A stretch of DNA of 64,000 bases from Candidatus Velthaea sp. (GTDB lineage: Bacteria > Vulcanimicrobiota > Vulcanimicrobiia > Vulcanimicrobiales > Vulcanimicrobiaceae). Position numbers and translations under genes: made by a program. Below, one piece after another: positions 55,368 to 64,000 of this stretch. The notes beneath the pieces are model-generated. The model was not told the origin of the DNA, did not search any database, and was given only the letters and a program-made list of their open reading frames with translations. Every line of letters begins with the position of its first letter. The stretch's first letter is position 1. The stretch is from the NCBI GenBank assembly GCA_965214935.1, contig CBDCCS010000003.1, positions 135,374 to 199,373 on the forward strand. The letters run 5' to 3'.

Positions 55368-55721
55368 ATGACCAACATCTCGCGTGTCGCTGCAAGCTTA
55401 TTATTTGCGACGAGCGGTACATTGCATTTCGCCAAGCCGGCTGTCTACCAGCAAATCGTTCCGCCCGGTTTGCCCAATGCATCTGCGCTCGTTGCCATTA
55501 GTGGAGCGGCGGAGATCGCCGGAGCGATCGGCTTATCGTTTCCGCTTACGCGCCGCGCTGCGGCGTTCGGACTTATCGTTCTGCTGGTCGCGGTGTTTCC
55601 GGCGAACATTTACATGGCTGTTGCGCACGAGCATTTTGCGCCGGTTGCTCCGGCATGGCTGCTTTTCGCTCGGCTGCCGCTGCAAGCCGGCCTCATTGCT
55701 TGGATGTGGACGTTACGTTAA
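55368..55721 (+). CDS. DoxX-like membrane protein
   Basis: GTLHF, IVPP, SGAAEI, AVFPANIYMA, RLPLQ. Confidence 0.82.
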   Translation: MTNISRVAASLLFATSGTLHFAKPAVYQQIVPPGLPNASALVAISGAAEIAGAIGLSFPLTRRAAAFGLIVLLVAVFPANIYMAVAHEHFAPVAPAWLLFARLPLQAGLIAWMWTLR

Positions 55722-56170
55722 GCGCCGTTCGATCCAGTGCGTTGAGCGTTTTGGCGGGGGTCGTCGGCAAATCGATCGCCGAATGTCATCTCGCCGATGC
55801 GGTCGACGCGGAGAACTCGAACGTCTCGACGCAGCTCGCACCATGCGGCCCGGCGTCCACACCTTGGCCCCGAAATAGAGGCCGAGCGGTCTGATGGTGC
55901 GCCCGCTGGCGGACGGGAATCGGCTTCATAGGTGCTGCTCAGCCGGCGATGTTCGCTCAGCGCGCAATGGGCGACCTCGAAGTTTGCCGTCGTTGCGCGC
56001 CGGTCGAAACGCGGCGCAACGATGCGCGCGTTATTTGTTTCGGCAACGAGCTCGCTTGGAACGACGGCCCGGATGCGAGCGAGTGCCGACCGTGACGAGG
56101 CGGCGCGTCCGGGGCCGTACGCACCATGTTTCGACGAGCCGGGCTCCGACGACGAGCGCTTCGATAAAAC
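55718..56170 (-). pseudogene. Remnant of a YafY-type HTH-WYL transcriptional regulator (no HTH, frameshifted)
   Basis: Manual translation across frames: IEALVVGARLVETW / SALARIRAVVP...EHRRLSSTYEAD / RTIRPLGLYFGAKVWT / AAWCELRRDVRVLRVDRI...NGA*. Confidence 0.72.
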
Positions 56171-56185
56171 GCGGCCGTCAGGGCG

Positions 56186-58307
56186 CTAGTGTACGACGAA
56201 GCCGACGAGCAGCAGCGCGACGATGTTGAGTACCTTGATCATCGGATTGATCGCTGGTCCGGCGGTGTCTTTGTACGGATCGCCGACGGTGTCGCCGGTA
56301 ACCGCGGCCGCATGCGCAAGCGAACCTTTGCCACCGAAATGACCGTCCTCGATATATTTCTTCGCGTTATCCCAGGCGCCGCCGCCGCTGGTCATCGAGA
56401 GCGCAAGAAATAAGCCGGTGACGATCGAGCCGACCAGCAGGCCGCCCATCATTTTCGCTCCGCCGTTGGTCGGCAACACAAAGCTGAGCAGCACGATAAG
56501 GATCGGAATTCCGACGGGAATCAGCGCGGGCAGCACCATCTCTTTGAGCGCCGCGCGCGTGACGATATCGACCGTGGTGCCGTAGTCCGGCTTTTCCGTC
56601 CGATCCATGATGCCCGGCTTTTCGCGGAATTGACGGCGCACTTCTTCGACGACGGCACCGCCGGCGCGGCCGACCGATTCCATTGAAAGCGACGAAAAGA
56701 GATACGGTAGAAGTCCGCCCACGAACAGACCGGTCAAGACATACGGATCTTGCAAGCCGAACGTGACGGGCGTCGTGGAACACGCCAGCCCGGAGTCGCT
56801 CTTACAGCGATCGCTGAGCTCTTGTAAAAACGACGCGAACAGCACCACTGCAGCTAAGGCGGCCGAACCGATTGCGTAACCCTTGGTGACGGCTTTGGTC
56901 GTGTTACCGACCGCGTCGAGCGGATCCGTACAATCACGGACGCTTTGCGGCATCTCCGACATCTCGGCAATTCCGCCGGCGTTATCGGTAATCGGTCCGA
57001 ACGAATCGATCGCAACGACGATGCCCGCCATCGAAAGCATCGCCATTACCGCAATGCCGACGCCGTAGATGCCCGCGAACGCATTCGATACGAGAATACC
57101 GACAACGATCACGATCGCCGGAAGCGCCGTCGCTTGCATCGAGACGGCCAACCCGCTGATGATGTTGGTTGCGTGACCGGTCACCGACGCTTTCGCGATA
57201 TTTTGTACCGGCGCATATTGCGTACCGGTATAGATTTCGGTGATGAACGTGATCAAGCCGGTAACGAGTAGACCGACGAGCGCGCAAACGAAGATGCCGA
57301 AGCCGGTGATCGTTTGGGTGCCGACCGTGACCGGTTCGGCGAATTGCGCCGTGCTCAAAAAGTAGAAACCGATCGCCGACAAAACGCCCGCGACGATCAT
57401 ACCGCTGTACAGCGAATTCATGATCGATGTTTTCGTGACTTTGCCGCTACCGACGACAAGCGTGCCGATGATCGAGGTGACGATCGAGAGCGCACCGAGC
57501 ACCAGCGGAAACGTGGTCGCGCCGACCACGCTGCCGAGCACGAGATGTCCCAAAAGCATCGCTGCAGTCGTCGTGACCACATAGGTTTCGAACAGATCGG
57601 CCGCCATACCGGCGCAATCGCCGACGTTGTCGCCCACGTTGTCGGCGATGACCGCCGGATTGCGCGGGTCGTCTTCGGGAATACCGGCTTCAACCTTGCC
57701 GACCAGATCGGCGCCGACGTCGGCTGCCTTCGTGAAAATACCGCCGCCGAGCCGGGCAAATACCGAAATGAGCGAACAGCCGAAGGCCAAGTCCGATGAG
57801 TGCCGCCAGCGATCGTGCTTCATCGCCGCCGTTGACGGCCAGGACGATCTTGTAATATCCCGAGACCGCGAATAAGCCCAAGCCGACGACGAGCAAACCG
57901 GTAACGGCGCCGCCGTTAAAGGCGAGTTTAAGCGCCGGTTTAAGCCCGCCGCGCGCCGCCTCCGCCGTGCGCACGTTCGCCCGAACGGACACGAGCATGC
58001 CGATGAAGCCGGCGGCGCCCGAAAGTACCGAGCCGATCAAAAAGCCGACCGCGGCCTCCCAGCCGAGCGGCTGCGGCGCGATAAGAAGAATGACGAACAA
58101 CAGCACGATTGCAACGATGCCGACCGTCGTGTATTGACGCCGTAAGAAGGCCATCGCGCCCTCTTGAATGGCCGCAGCGATCTCTTGCATGACGGCGTTG
58201 CCCGGCGGGTTGGCGCAGCACCCAAGAAATGAAGTAAACGCCATAAAGAATTGCGAGCAACGCCTGAGCCGCAGAGCCCGAAGCTGATTAGCAACTTGTG
58301 GATCCAC
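56186..58307 (-). CDS. hppA: Membrane-bound H+-translocating pyrophosphatase (5' part frameshifted in this sequence)
   Basis: [75 protein letters not shown]-terminal [20 protein letters not shown] in another frame. Confidence 0.92.
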
Positions 58308-58481
58308 GATCGTCCTTACACAAGACGCTGCGGTCGTTAGGATCCGCCGCGTTTGTCCGCACTCGCGCGAAGCTCCTTTGCGTGTGCGAACGCAAAGCGA
58401 CGGAAATGATGTCCGCCACATTTTGATCGCCGAGCGCCGTTGTATGAGCCGACGGCTGCACGGCGAACGCCCTCGAGCGGT

Positions 58482-59689
58482 ATGGAATCGACCGAGTTTC
58501 TTCATTGTCGGCTGCGGCCCGGCCGGCGGTATCGCGGCGCGCGAGGCGGCGCGCGCGGGCGTTGCGACCGTCGTGCTCGAACGCGATGCGGTCGTCGGCG
58601 CAAAGCGCGTGTGCGCGCCGGGCTTGCGTCCGGGCTTCTGCGAAGCATTCGATGTCCCGCGTTCGATCGTGCACTGCGACCCGCCGCTCATCTCCGTCTC
58701 GACCGCCAAACGCAGTTACACCTTCGGCGTCGGCACCGCGCATACGACGACGCGCGAAGAACTCGACGGAACGATCGGACAGCTCGCTCGGCAAGCCGGT
58801 GCCGACATCGGACGGTGCAACACGCTGTTTCGTTCGCTCGAACGCGATGCTGCACGGCGTCGTCGTGGAATATGCCGATTATACGCGGCGGAGTGCGCAA
58901 GCACATTCGCGCGCGTTCGGTGTTTCTCGCCGCGGGTTCGACCGCGCGGCTCGACACCGTCGACCCGCGCTTTGAGCTCAAGAGATTGGAACGCGGGACT
59001 GATCACCTGCCTTCAATACCGCATCTATCCCGCCGTACCGGCGATTCCTCACACGTATCAAGTGCTCGAAATGCACTATTACCGCAGCGTGCATAGCGGG
59101 CGCAACATGATCGCTTGGATGTTTCCCGAAACGCGATCATCTGTCGATCGGCCTGGGCATTCAAGCAAAGATACCCGGCGCGGAATTGCGCGCTGAACTC
59201 GATGCATTTCTCCCGACCGTTCAAGCACGGCTATTTCCCGGCATCGCATACACTATTCGGCAAGAGGGCAATCTGCTGTACGGCGGTTTGCCGCGGCCGG
59301 CGATCGGCGTCGACCGCGTGATGGTCGGCGGTACGGCTGCCGGACTCGTCGATGCAACGACGGGCGAAGGTATCTTTGAGGCTGCGACGACCGGCCGGCT
59401 TGCCGCGCAAGCCGTTGCGGATGCTCGCACGAAGCGCATAACGGATCCGGCTCCCGGCTACCAGCGCGCAACGCGAGCGCGCTTTTATTCGCGGCTCAAG
59501 CACCGCCATTACCTGATGTCGTACTTGGAACGAAGGCCGGCTCGTTTCGACGTGCTCTTCGAGCAACTGGAGTCGACGCCGGGTTTTGCGAAATTGCTCG
59601 CCGAGGAACGCGCCGACCGCTCCGCAATGCAACGGCTGTATATGTGCGTCCAAGCAGCCAAATTTTCTCTGCGTGCAGCACGCGTTTAA
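58482..59689 (+). CDS. FAD-dependent oxidoreductase, geranylgeranyl-reductase family (frameshifted)
   Basis: IVGCGPAGG, VLER, TREELDG, AWMFP, VGGTAAGLVDATTGEGIFEA spread over several frames. Confidence 0.8.
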
Positions 59690-59692
59690 CGC

Positions 59693-60716
59693 ATGCTCAA
59701 ATTCGCCGCCGATCGGATCGTGCGACTGATCTTCGTACTCGTTGCAATTACGATCGCAAGCTTCTTGTTCATGCATGCGATCCCGGGCGATCCGGTGCAA
59801 ATTCGCTTGGGCGAGCATGCGACGCCCGAAGCAATCCGACGCTTAACGGTCTCGCTCGGTCTCGATAAGCCGTGGTACGTGCAACTTGCCGCATACGTAG
59901 CGAGCGTAGCCCACGGCGACCTCGGGGTTTCGATTGCCGATACACAACCCGTGGCGCAAAAACTCGGCCAGGTATTTCCCGGCGACACTCGAGCTGACGC
60001 TGGGCGCCATGTTCGTCGCGATCGTCGTCGGCATACCGGCCGGCGTGCTGGCCGCGATTCGCCACCGCGGCATCATCGACGTCGTAACGATGAGCCTCGT
60101 ACTGCTGGGCGTCTCCATTCCGGTGTTTTGGCTGGGCTGGATGCTCGTCTATGCCGCCTCGGTCATCCCCGGGCAATTCGGTCTCAATCTTTTTCCGATC
60201 TCCGGCCGGAGTTCGCTAACCTACATTATCCCGGCTCGCACGCATCTTGCGATTCTTGACGCGCTATTGGCCGGTAATCCGCGGGCGGCGATCGATGCGC
60301 TTTGGCACCTGATATTGCCGGCGGTCACCTTAGGCACCATTCCGCTGGCGATCGTCGCGAAGATCACGCGCAGCGGAATGCTCGAAGTGATGGGCAGCGA
60401 CTACATCCGTACCGCTCGCGCGAAAGGCTTGGATCGATCGACGATCGTTTTCCGACATGCGCTGCGCAACGCGCTCGTTCCGATCATCACAGTCTTAGGC
60501 TTGCAGATCGGGCTGCTGCTCGGCGGCGCCGTCCTGACCGAAAGCATTTTTGCCTGGCCCGGTATCGGCCGGCTGGCCTTTAACGCGATCTCGAACCGCG
60601 ACATGCCGCTCATCAACGGCTGCATGCTGCTCTTTGCCGTCGTGTTCGTCGTCGTCAATACCGCGGTCGACTTGTTGTATGCCGTTGCGAACCCGCGAAT
60701 CCGGTACGGTTCGTAA
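59693..60716 (+). CDS. Peptide/nickel ABC permease, DppB-like (one frameshift near 59980)
   Basis: IPGDP, LGLDKP, GDLG; PATLEL, SIPVFWLG, DYIRTARAKG, HALRNAL, ESIFAWPGIG, DLLYAVANPRIR. Confidence 0.88.
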
Positions 60717-60725
60717 CGCTTCGGC

Positions 60726-61575
60726 ATGTCGACGTTCACGATCTCCGAAGAAGACTTCCGTCTGTTACGCGATACGGTTCGTGAGCGCTTCGGCATCTTT
60801 TATGACGACTCGAAGCAATTTTTGTTGCTGAGCCGGCTGCAGACGCGGCTGGTCAAGCGGTCGATGTCGAGCTACGCCGAGTATGTAAAGTTTCTGCGTT
60901 TCGGCGCGGATCGTGAGAGCGAATTTCGGGGATCTGGCGTCCGTCCTTTCAAACAATGAAACCTACTTTTTTCGCGAGCGTGCTCAACTCAAAGCACTTT
61001 GCGGCTCGATACTGACCGAATTACAAGCCGCGTCGCCGCGTTTACGAATTTGGTCGGCGGCCTGCTCGAGCGGTGAGGAGCCGTACTCACTGGCGATGTC
61101 GTTGCTCGAAACCGGCCGGATCGCCGAGTCGAATATCGCCATTCGTGCGACCGACATTTCGTCGCGCGTGCTTGAAATGTGCGAGCGGGGATTCTATCGC
61201 GCCCTCTCGTTTCGGGCGACGGAACCGGCAATGTTGCAGAAGTACTTCAACGTGTCGGGCGACGGTTTCGTCATCAACGAGCACGTCAAGCGGCTCGTGC
61301 AGTTCAGCGCGCTCAACCTCATGGACGACCGCAGGGTCGCGAGTAACGGGCCGTTCGATGCGATCTTCTGTCGCAACGTTTTGATTTATTTCGATAAGCC
61401 GACACAAAAACGGGTGGTCGAATCGTTTGCGCGGGCATTGAGGCCGGGCGGTTATCTGTTCTTAGGACACGCGGAATCGCTGTTCGGACTGACCGACGTG
61501 TATGAAGCCGTCGTACAGCCTGAATCGATCGTCTACCGCCTCAAAGCAGCGGTCGCCGCTGGCGTGCGTCGATGA
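60726..61575 (+). CDS. cheR: Chemotaxis methyltransferase (frameshift near 60930)
   Basis: NETYFFRE, RIWSAACSSGEEPYS, ATDIS, FDAIFCRNVLIYFD, GYLFLGHAES. Confidence 0.93.
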
Positions 61576-62760
61576 TCGGTACCAAGCCGGTCATTCGGGT
61601 TCTCGTGGTCGACGATTCGGCGTTTATGCGGCGCGCGATCGCCAAGATGCTCGATAGTGAAGACGACATCAATGTCGTCGGAACGGCGGCAACCGGTGAA
61701 GAAGGCGTTGCGCTGCAGGCCGAACTCAAACCCGACCTGATCACGATGGACGTTGAGATGCCGGGGATCGGCGGGCTCGCAGCGGCGCAAGACGATTATC
61801 GGACGGCGCATGGACCGCCGATCATCATGATCTCATCGCTGACACCCAGTCGGGCGCGGGAAACGACGTTGCGCGCACTAGAGATTGGGGGTCGTCGATT
61901 TTATTCCAAAAGCCGAGTTCGGCCTACATCGACATCCTGCGAGCTCAAGCAGCGATTTGCTTGAGAAAGATCCGGCTTGTTCGGTTCGCCCCCGGCTGCG
62001 CTGCGCGGCTGCTGGGACCAGCTCCGGCGGTGACTCCGCGATTCGCGCTCAGCGCCGCCGGCTGCACGTCACCGTTCCCTGACGTCGTCGCGGGCGTTGC
62101 TCCCAGCGCACCGCTGCCTGGCAGCCACGGCCGACGAGCGCCGGCGCGCGCCGCCGGCTCCGGCCGAGTGGGACCGTTCGAGTGTGTTGCGCTGGGCACG
62201 TCAACAGGCGGTCCGGTCGCATTGGCGACGGTGCTACCGAAGTTACCGAAAAATTTTCCGCTACCGATAATTATCGTTCAGCACATGCCGCCCGGATTTA
62301 CTAAGCCGTTAGCGGAGCGGCTAAACGGAGCTTCGTCAGATTTGCATTATCGAAGGGCGAGAACCGGCATGCGTTTAGCAGAAAGGCACGGCGATCATCG
62401 CGCCTGCGGGCCAGCAGCTGACGTTACGCCGAGTCGGATCGGCGGTGTTGACCGAGATGCGTCTCGAGGCCGATGTGCAAGAAATCATTGCACGTCCCCA
62501 GCGTTGATATCATGGCTGCAGCGGTGGGTGAAACGTCTTCGGTGCGGCTGCGCTCGGCGTTATTCTTAACCGGTATGGGGCACGACGGCGTTAACGGTCT
62601 TGCGCGTCATTAAAGAAAAACGGCGGTTACGTTTTGGGGCAAGATGAGGCGAGCGCCGTTGTGTATGGTATGCCACGCGCCGCTGCTGCAGCTGGTTTGG
62701 TCGATCGTGTCGTCGCCCTAAACGATGTCGCGCGCATATTGTGCGAAGTAACCGAACACG
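61572..62760 (+). CDS. cheB: Chemotaxis response regulator-methylesterase (multiple frameshifts, 3' end approximate)
   Basis: [57 protein letters not shown]. Confidence 0.9.
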
Positions 62761-62907
62761 CCCTATACACGAGCAGCTTGACAGTACGCTCGAAGGCTTA
62801 CCGTACTTGTACGAAAGCGGCCTCGATAATCGGGGGAGGCCGGCTGACGACGTATCGGAATACGTTCGCACACTCATGGACGACGCGTTCATGTTTGGAG
62901 AGCGCTT

Positions 62908-63738
62908 GTGAAAGTAGCCCGCGAATCGAGCCGCTACGTCATCGGCGGTTTAGAACTTAGTCGCGAAGAAATCGTCCACAAGTATCTTCACCTCGTGAAG
63001 TATGTGGCGGGGCGCATCTCGATTAATTTACCGCCAAATGTAGAAATCAACGATCTTATCAATGACGGAATTCTTGGTCTCATCGATGCCACCGAAAAAT
63101 ATGATGATGCACGTGGTGTAAAATTTGAGACATATGCCATTACCCGCATCAACGGCGCTATTCTCGATGCGTTACGCGCGCTCGATTGGGTTCCGCGGGC
63201 GGTTCGGCAGCGGGCGCGCGAACTCGAGCGGGTGTATCAGGAGCTAGAAGCTGAGCTTGGGCGGGCGGCACGCGAAGAAGAAGTCGCCGATCGCATGGGG
63301 CTGACGCTCAAAGAACTCGATGTCCTGATGCAAAAAATTCGCGGTACGTCGGTGCTCTCACTCGAGGAGTTTCTGCCGAATGAAAAAGGCTATGAAATTC
63401 CCCTATTGGGAACGCTCAAAGATGTCGATAACGATGTTACGAGTGCCGTTGAAGCGCGCGAGGTCAAAGCCGCGCTCGTCAAAGCCGTCGAGGAATTACC
63501 ACCGCAAGAACGGACCGTCATCTCGCTCTACTACTTCGAGGGCTTAACACTCAAGGAGATCAAGGGCGTGCTGAACGTTTCGGAGTCGCGCGTTTCACAA
63601 ATTCATGCCCAAGCGGTCATCCATTTGCGTACGAAATTACGCAACTTAACCGAAGATCTCGGTTATCGCGAGGGCGACCCGAACGTGAAACAGAAATATT
63701 TACGTAAGGCGCCCGCTGCCGATAGCGTCGCCGGATGA
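62908..63738 (+). CDS. fliA: Sigma-28 (FliA/WhiG/SigD) RNA polymerase sigma factor
   Basis: GILGLIDA, KFETYAITRINGAILDALRALDWVPRAVR, LYYFEGLTLKEI, VSESRVSQIH. Confidence 0.94.
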   Translation: MKVARESSRYVIGGLELSREEIVHKYLHLVKYVAGRISINLPPNVEINDLINDGILGLIDATEKYDDARGVKFETYAITRINGAILDALRALDWVPRAVRQRARELERVYQELEAELGRAAREEEVADRMGLTLKELDVLMQKIRGTSVLSLEEFLPNEKGYEIPLLGTLKDVDNDVTSAVEAREVKAALVKAVEELPPQERTVISLYYFEGLTLKEIKGVLNVSESRVSQIHAQAVIHLRTKLRNLTEDLGYREGDPNVKQKYLRKAPAADSVAG

Positions 63739-64000
63739 TACGCCCGCTCGACTTGCAGAATTCTATTCTGCAATCGATGGCGAGCGCTCCGGCGGTCCAG
63801 CGCGCGGATGAAGCTCCGCGCTTAGCCGCTCAAGCGGCGCAAGCCGCATTTGCCGCCGATCTGACGGTGCGCGATGAGTCGGTAGCGCCGGCGAATGAAG
63901 CCGCCGGTAACCGCATCGGCCCCAGACCCGAGCAACAGCGCCGGCGCGGCACGGCGAAACGCCGCCCGGCGCAGCACGTTTCCTTCGACGAGATCGTCGA
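63735..64000 (+). CDS. Hypothetical protein coupled to fliA (partial, runs off the window)
   Basis: ATGA overlap; MIRPLDLQNSILQS... is open to the window end. Confidence 0.6.
   Translation, partial: MIRPLDLQNSILQSMASAPAVQRADEAPRLAAQAAQAAFAADLTVRDESVAPANEAAGNRIGPRPEQQRRRGTAKRRPAQHVSFDEIV

Noticed and set aside
57780..62760. Calling hppA, dppB, cheR and cheB pseudogenes or programmed frameshifts
   Set aside because: Clustered single-base indels with intact catalytic motifs fit consensus error better.
62780..62835. Sigma-28 promoter upstream of fliA (CTCGATAA)
   Set aside because: No TAAA -35 element at the expected spacing, and local sequence quality is doubtful.

Overview
GC-rich (~60-65% by eye) bacterial chromosomal window. 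The mix of a TonB-dependent receptor, a Gram-positive-type SOS box and archaeal-type PurP suggests a diderm Terrabacteria lineage such as Ca. Eremiobacterota (inference only). Contents in order: purine genes with two purP paralogs, guaA, purD, purF, purM and a GNAT-PurN fusion; an SOS-boxed radical SAM gene; a sugar ABC transporter; two multicopper oxidases, one a 1545-aa lectin-MCO-Ig-propeller fusion; pepA, tsaD, thrS; four tRNAs (Val-GAC, Val-CAC, Asp-GTC, Phe-GAA) with accessory or decayed DNA nearby; topoisomerase IB; xth; a three-gene RiPP-like cassette; DUF1800/DUF1501; a candidate arrest-peptide-controlled TonB-dependent receptor; an AcpA-like phosphoesterase; an MctP-type permease; a hidden WYL-regulator remnant; and a frameshift-rich end (hppA, flavin reductase, dppB, cheR, cheB, probably assembly errors) followed by fliA. 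Best novelty candidates: (1) a 3x23-aa DGGA-repeat peptide with a JmjC oxygenase and a sucrase-ferredoxin protein at 41.0-43.5 kb; (2) an RPPP-ending membrane leader whose stop codon lies in a hairpin that hides the receptor's Shine-Dalgarno at 47.0-47.65 kb; (3) the giant modular multicopper oxidase. All family assignments come from motif recognition by eye; no searches were run.
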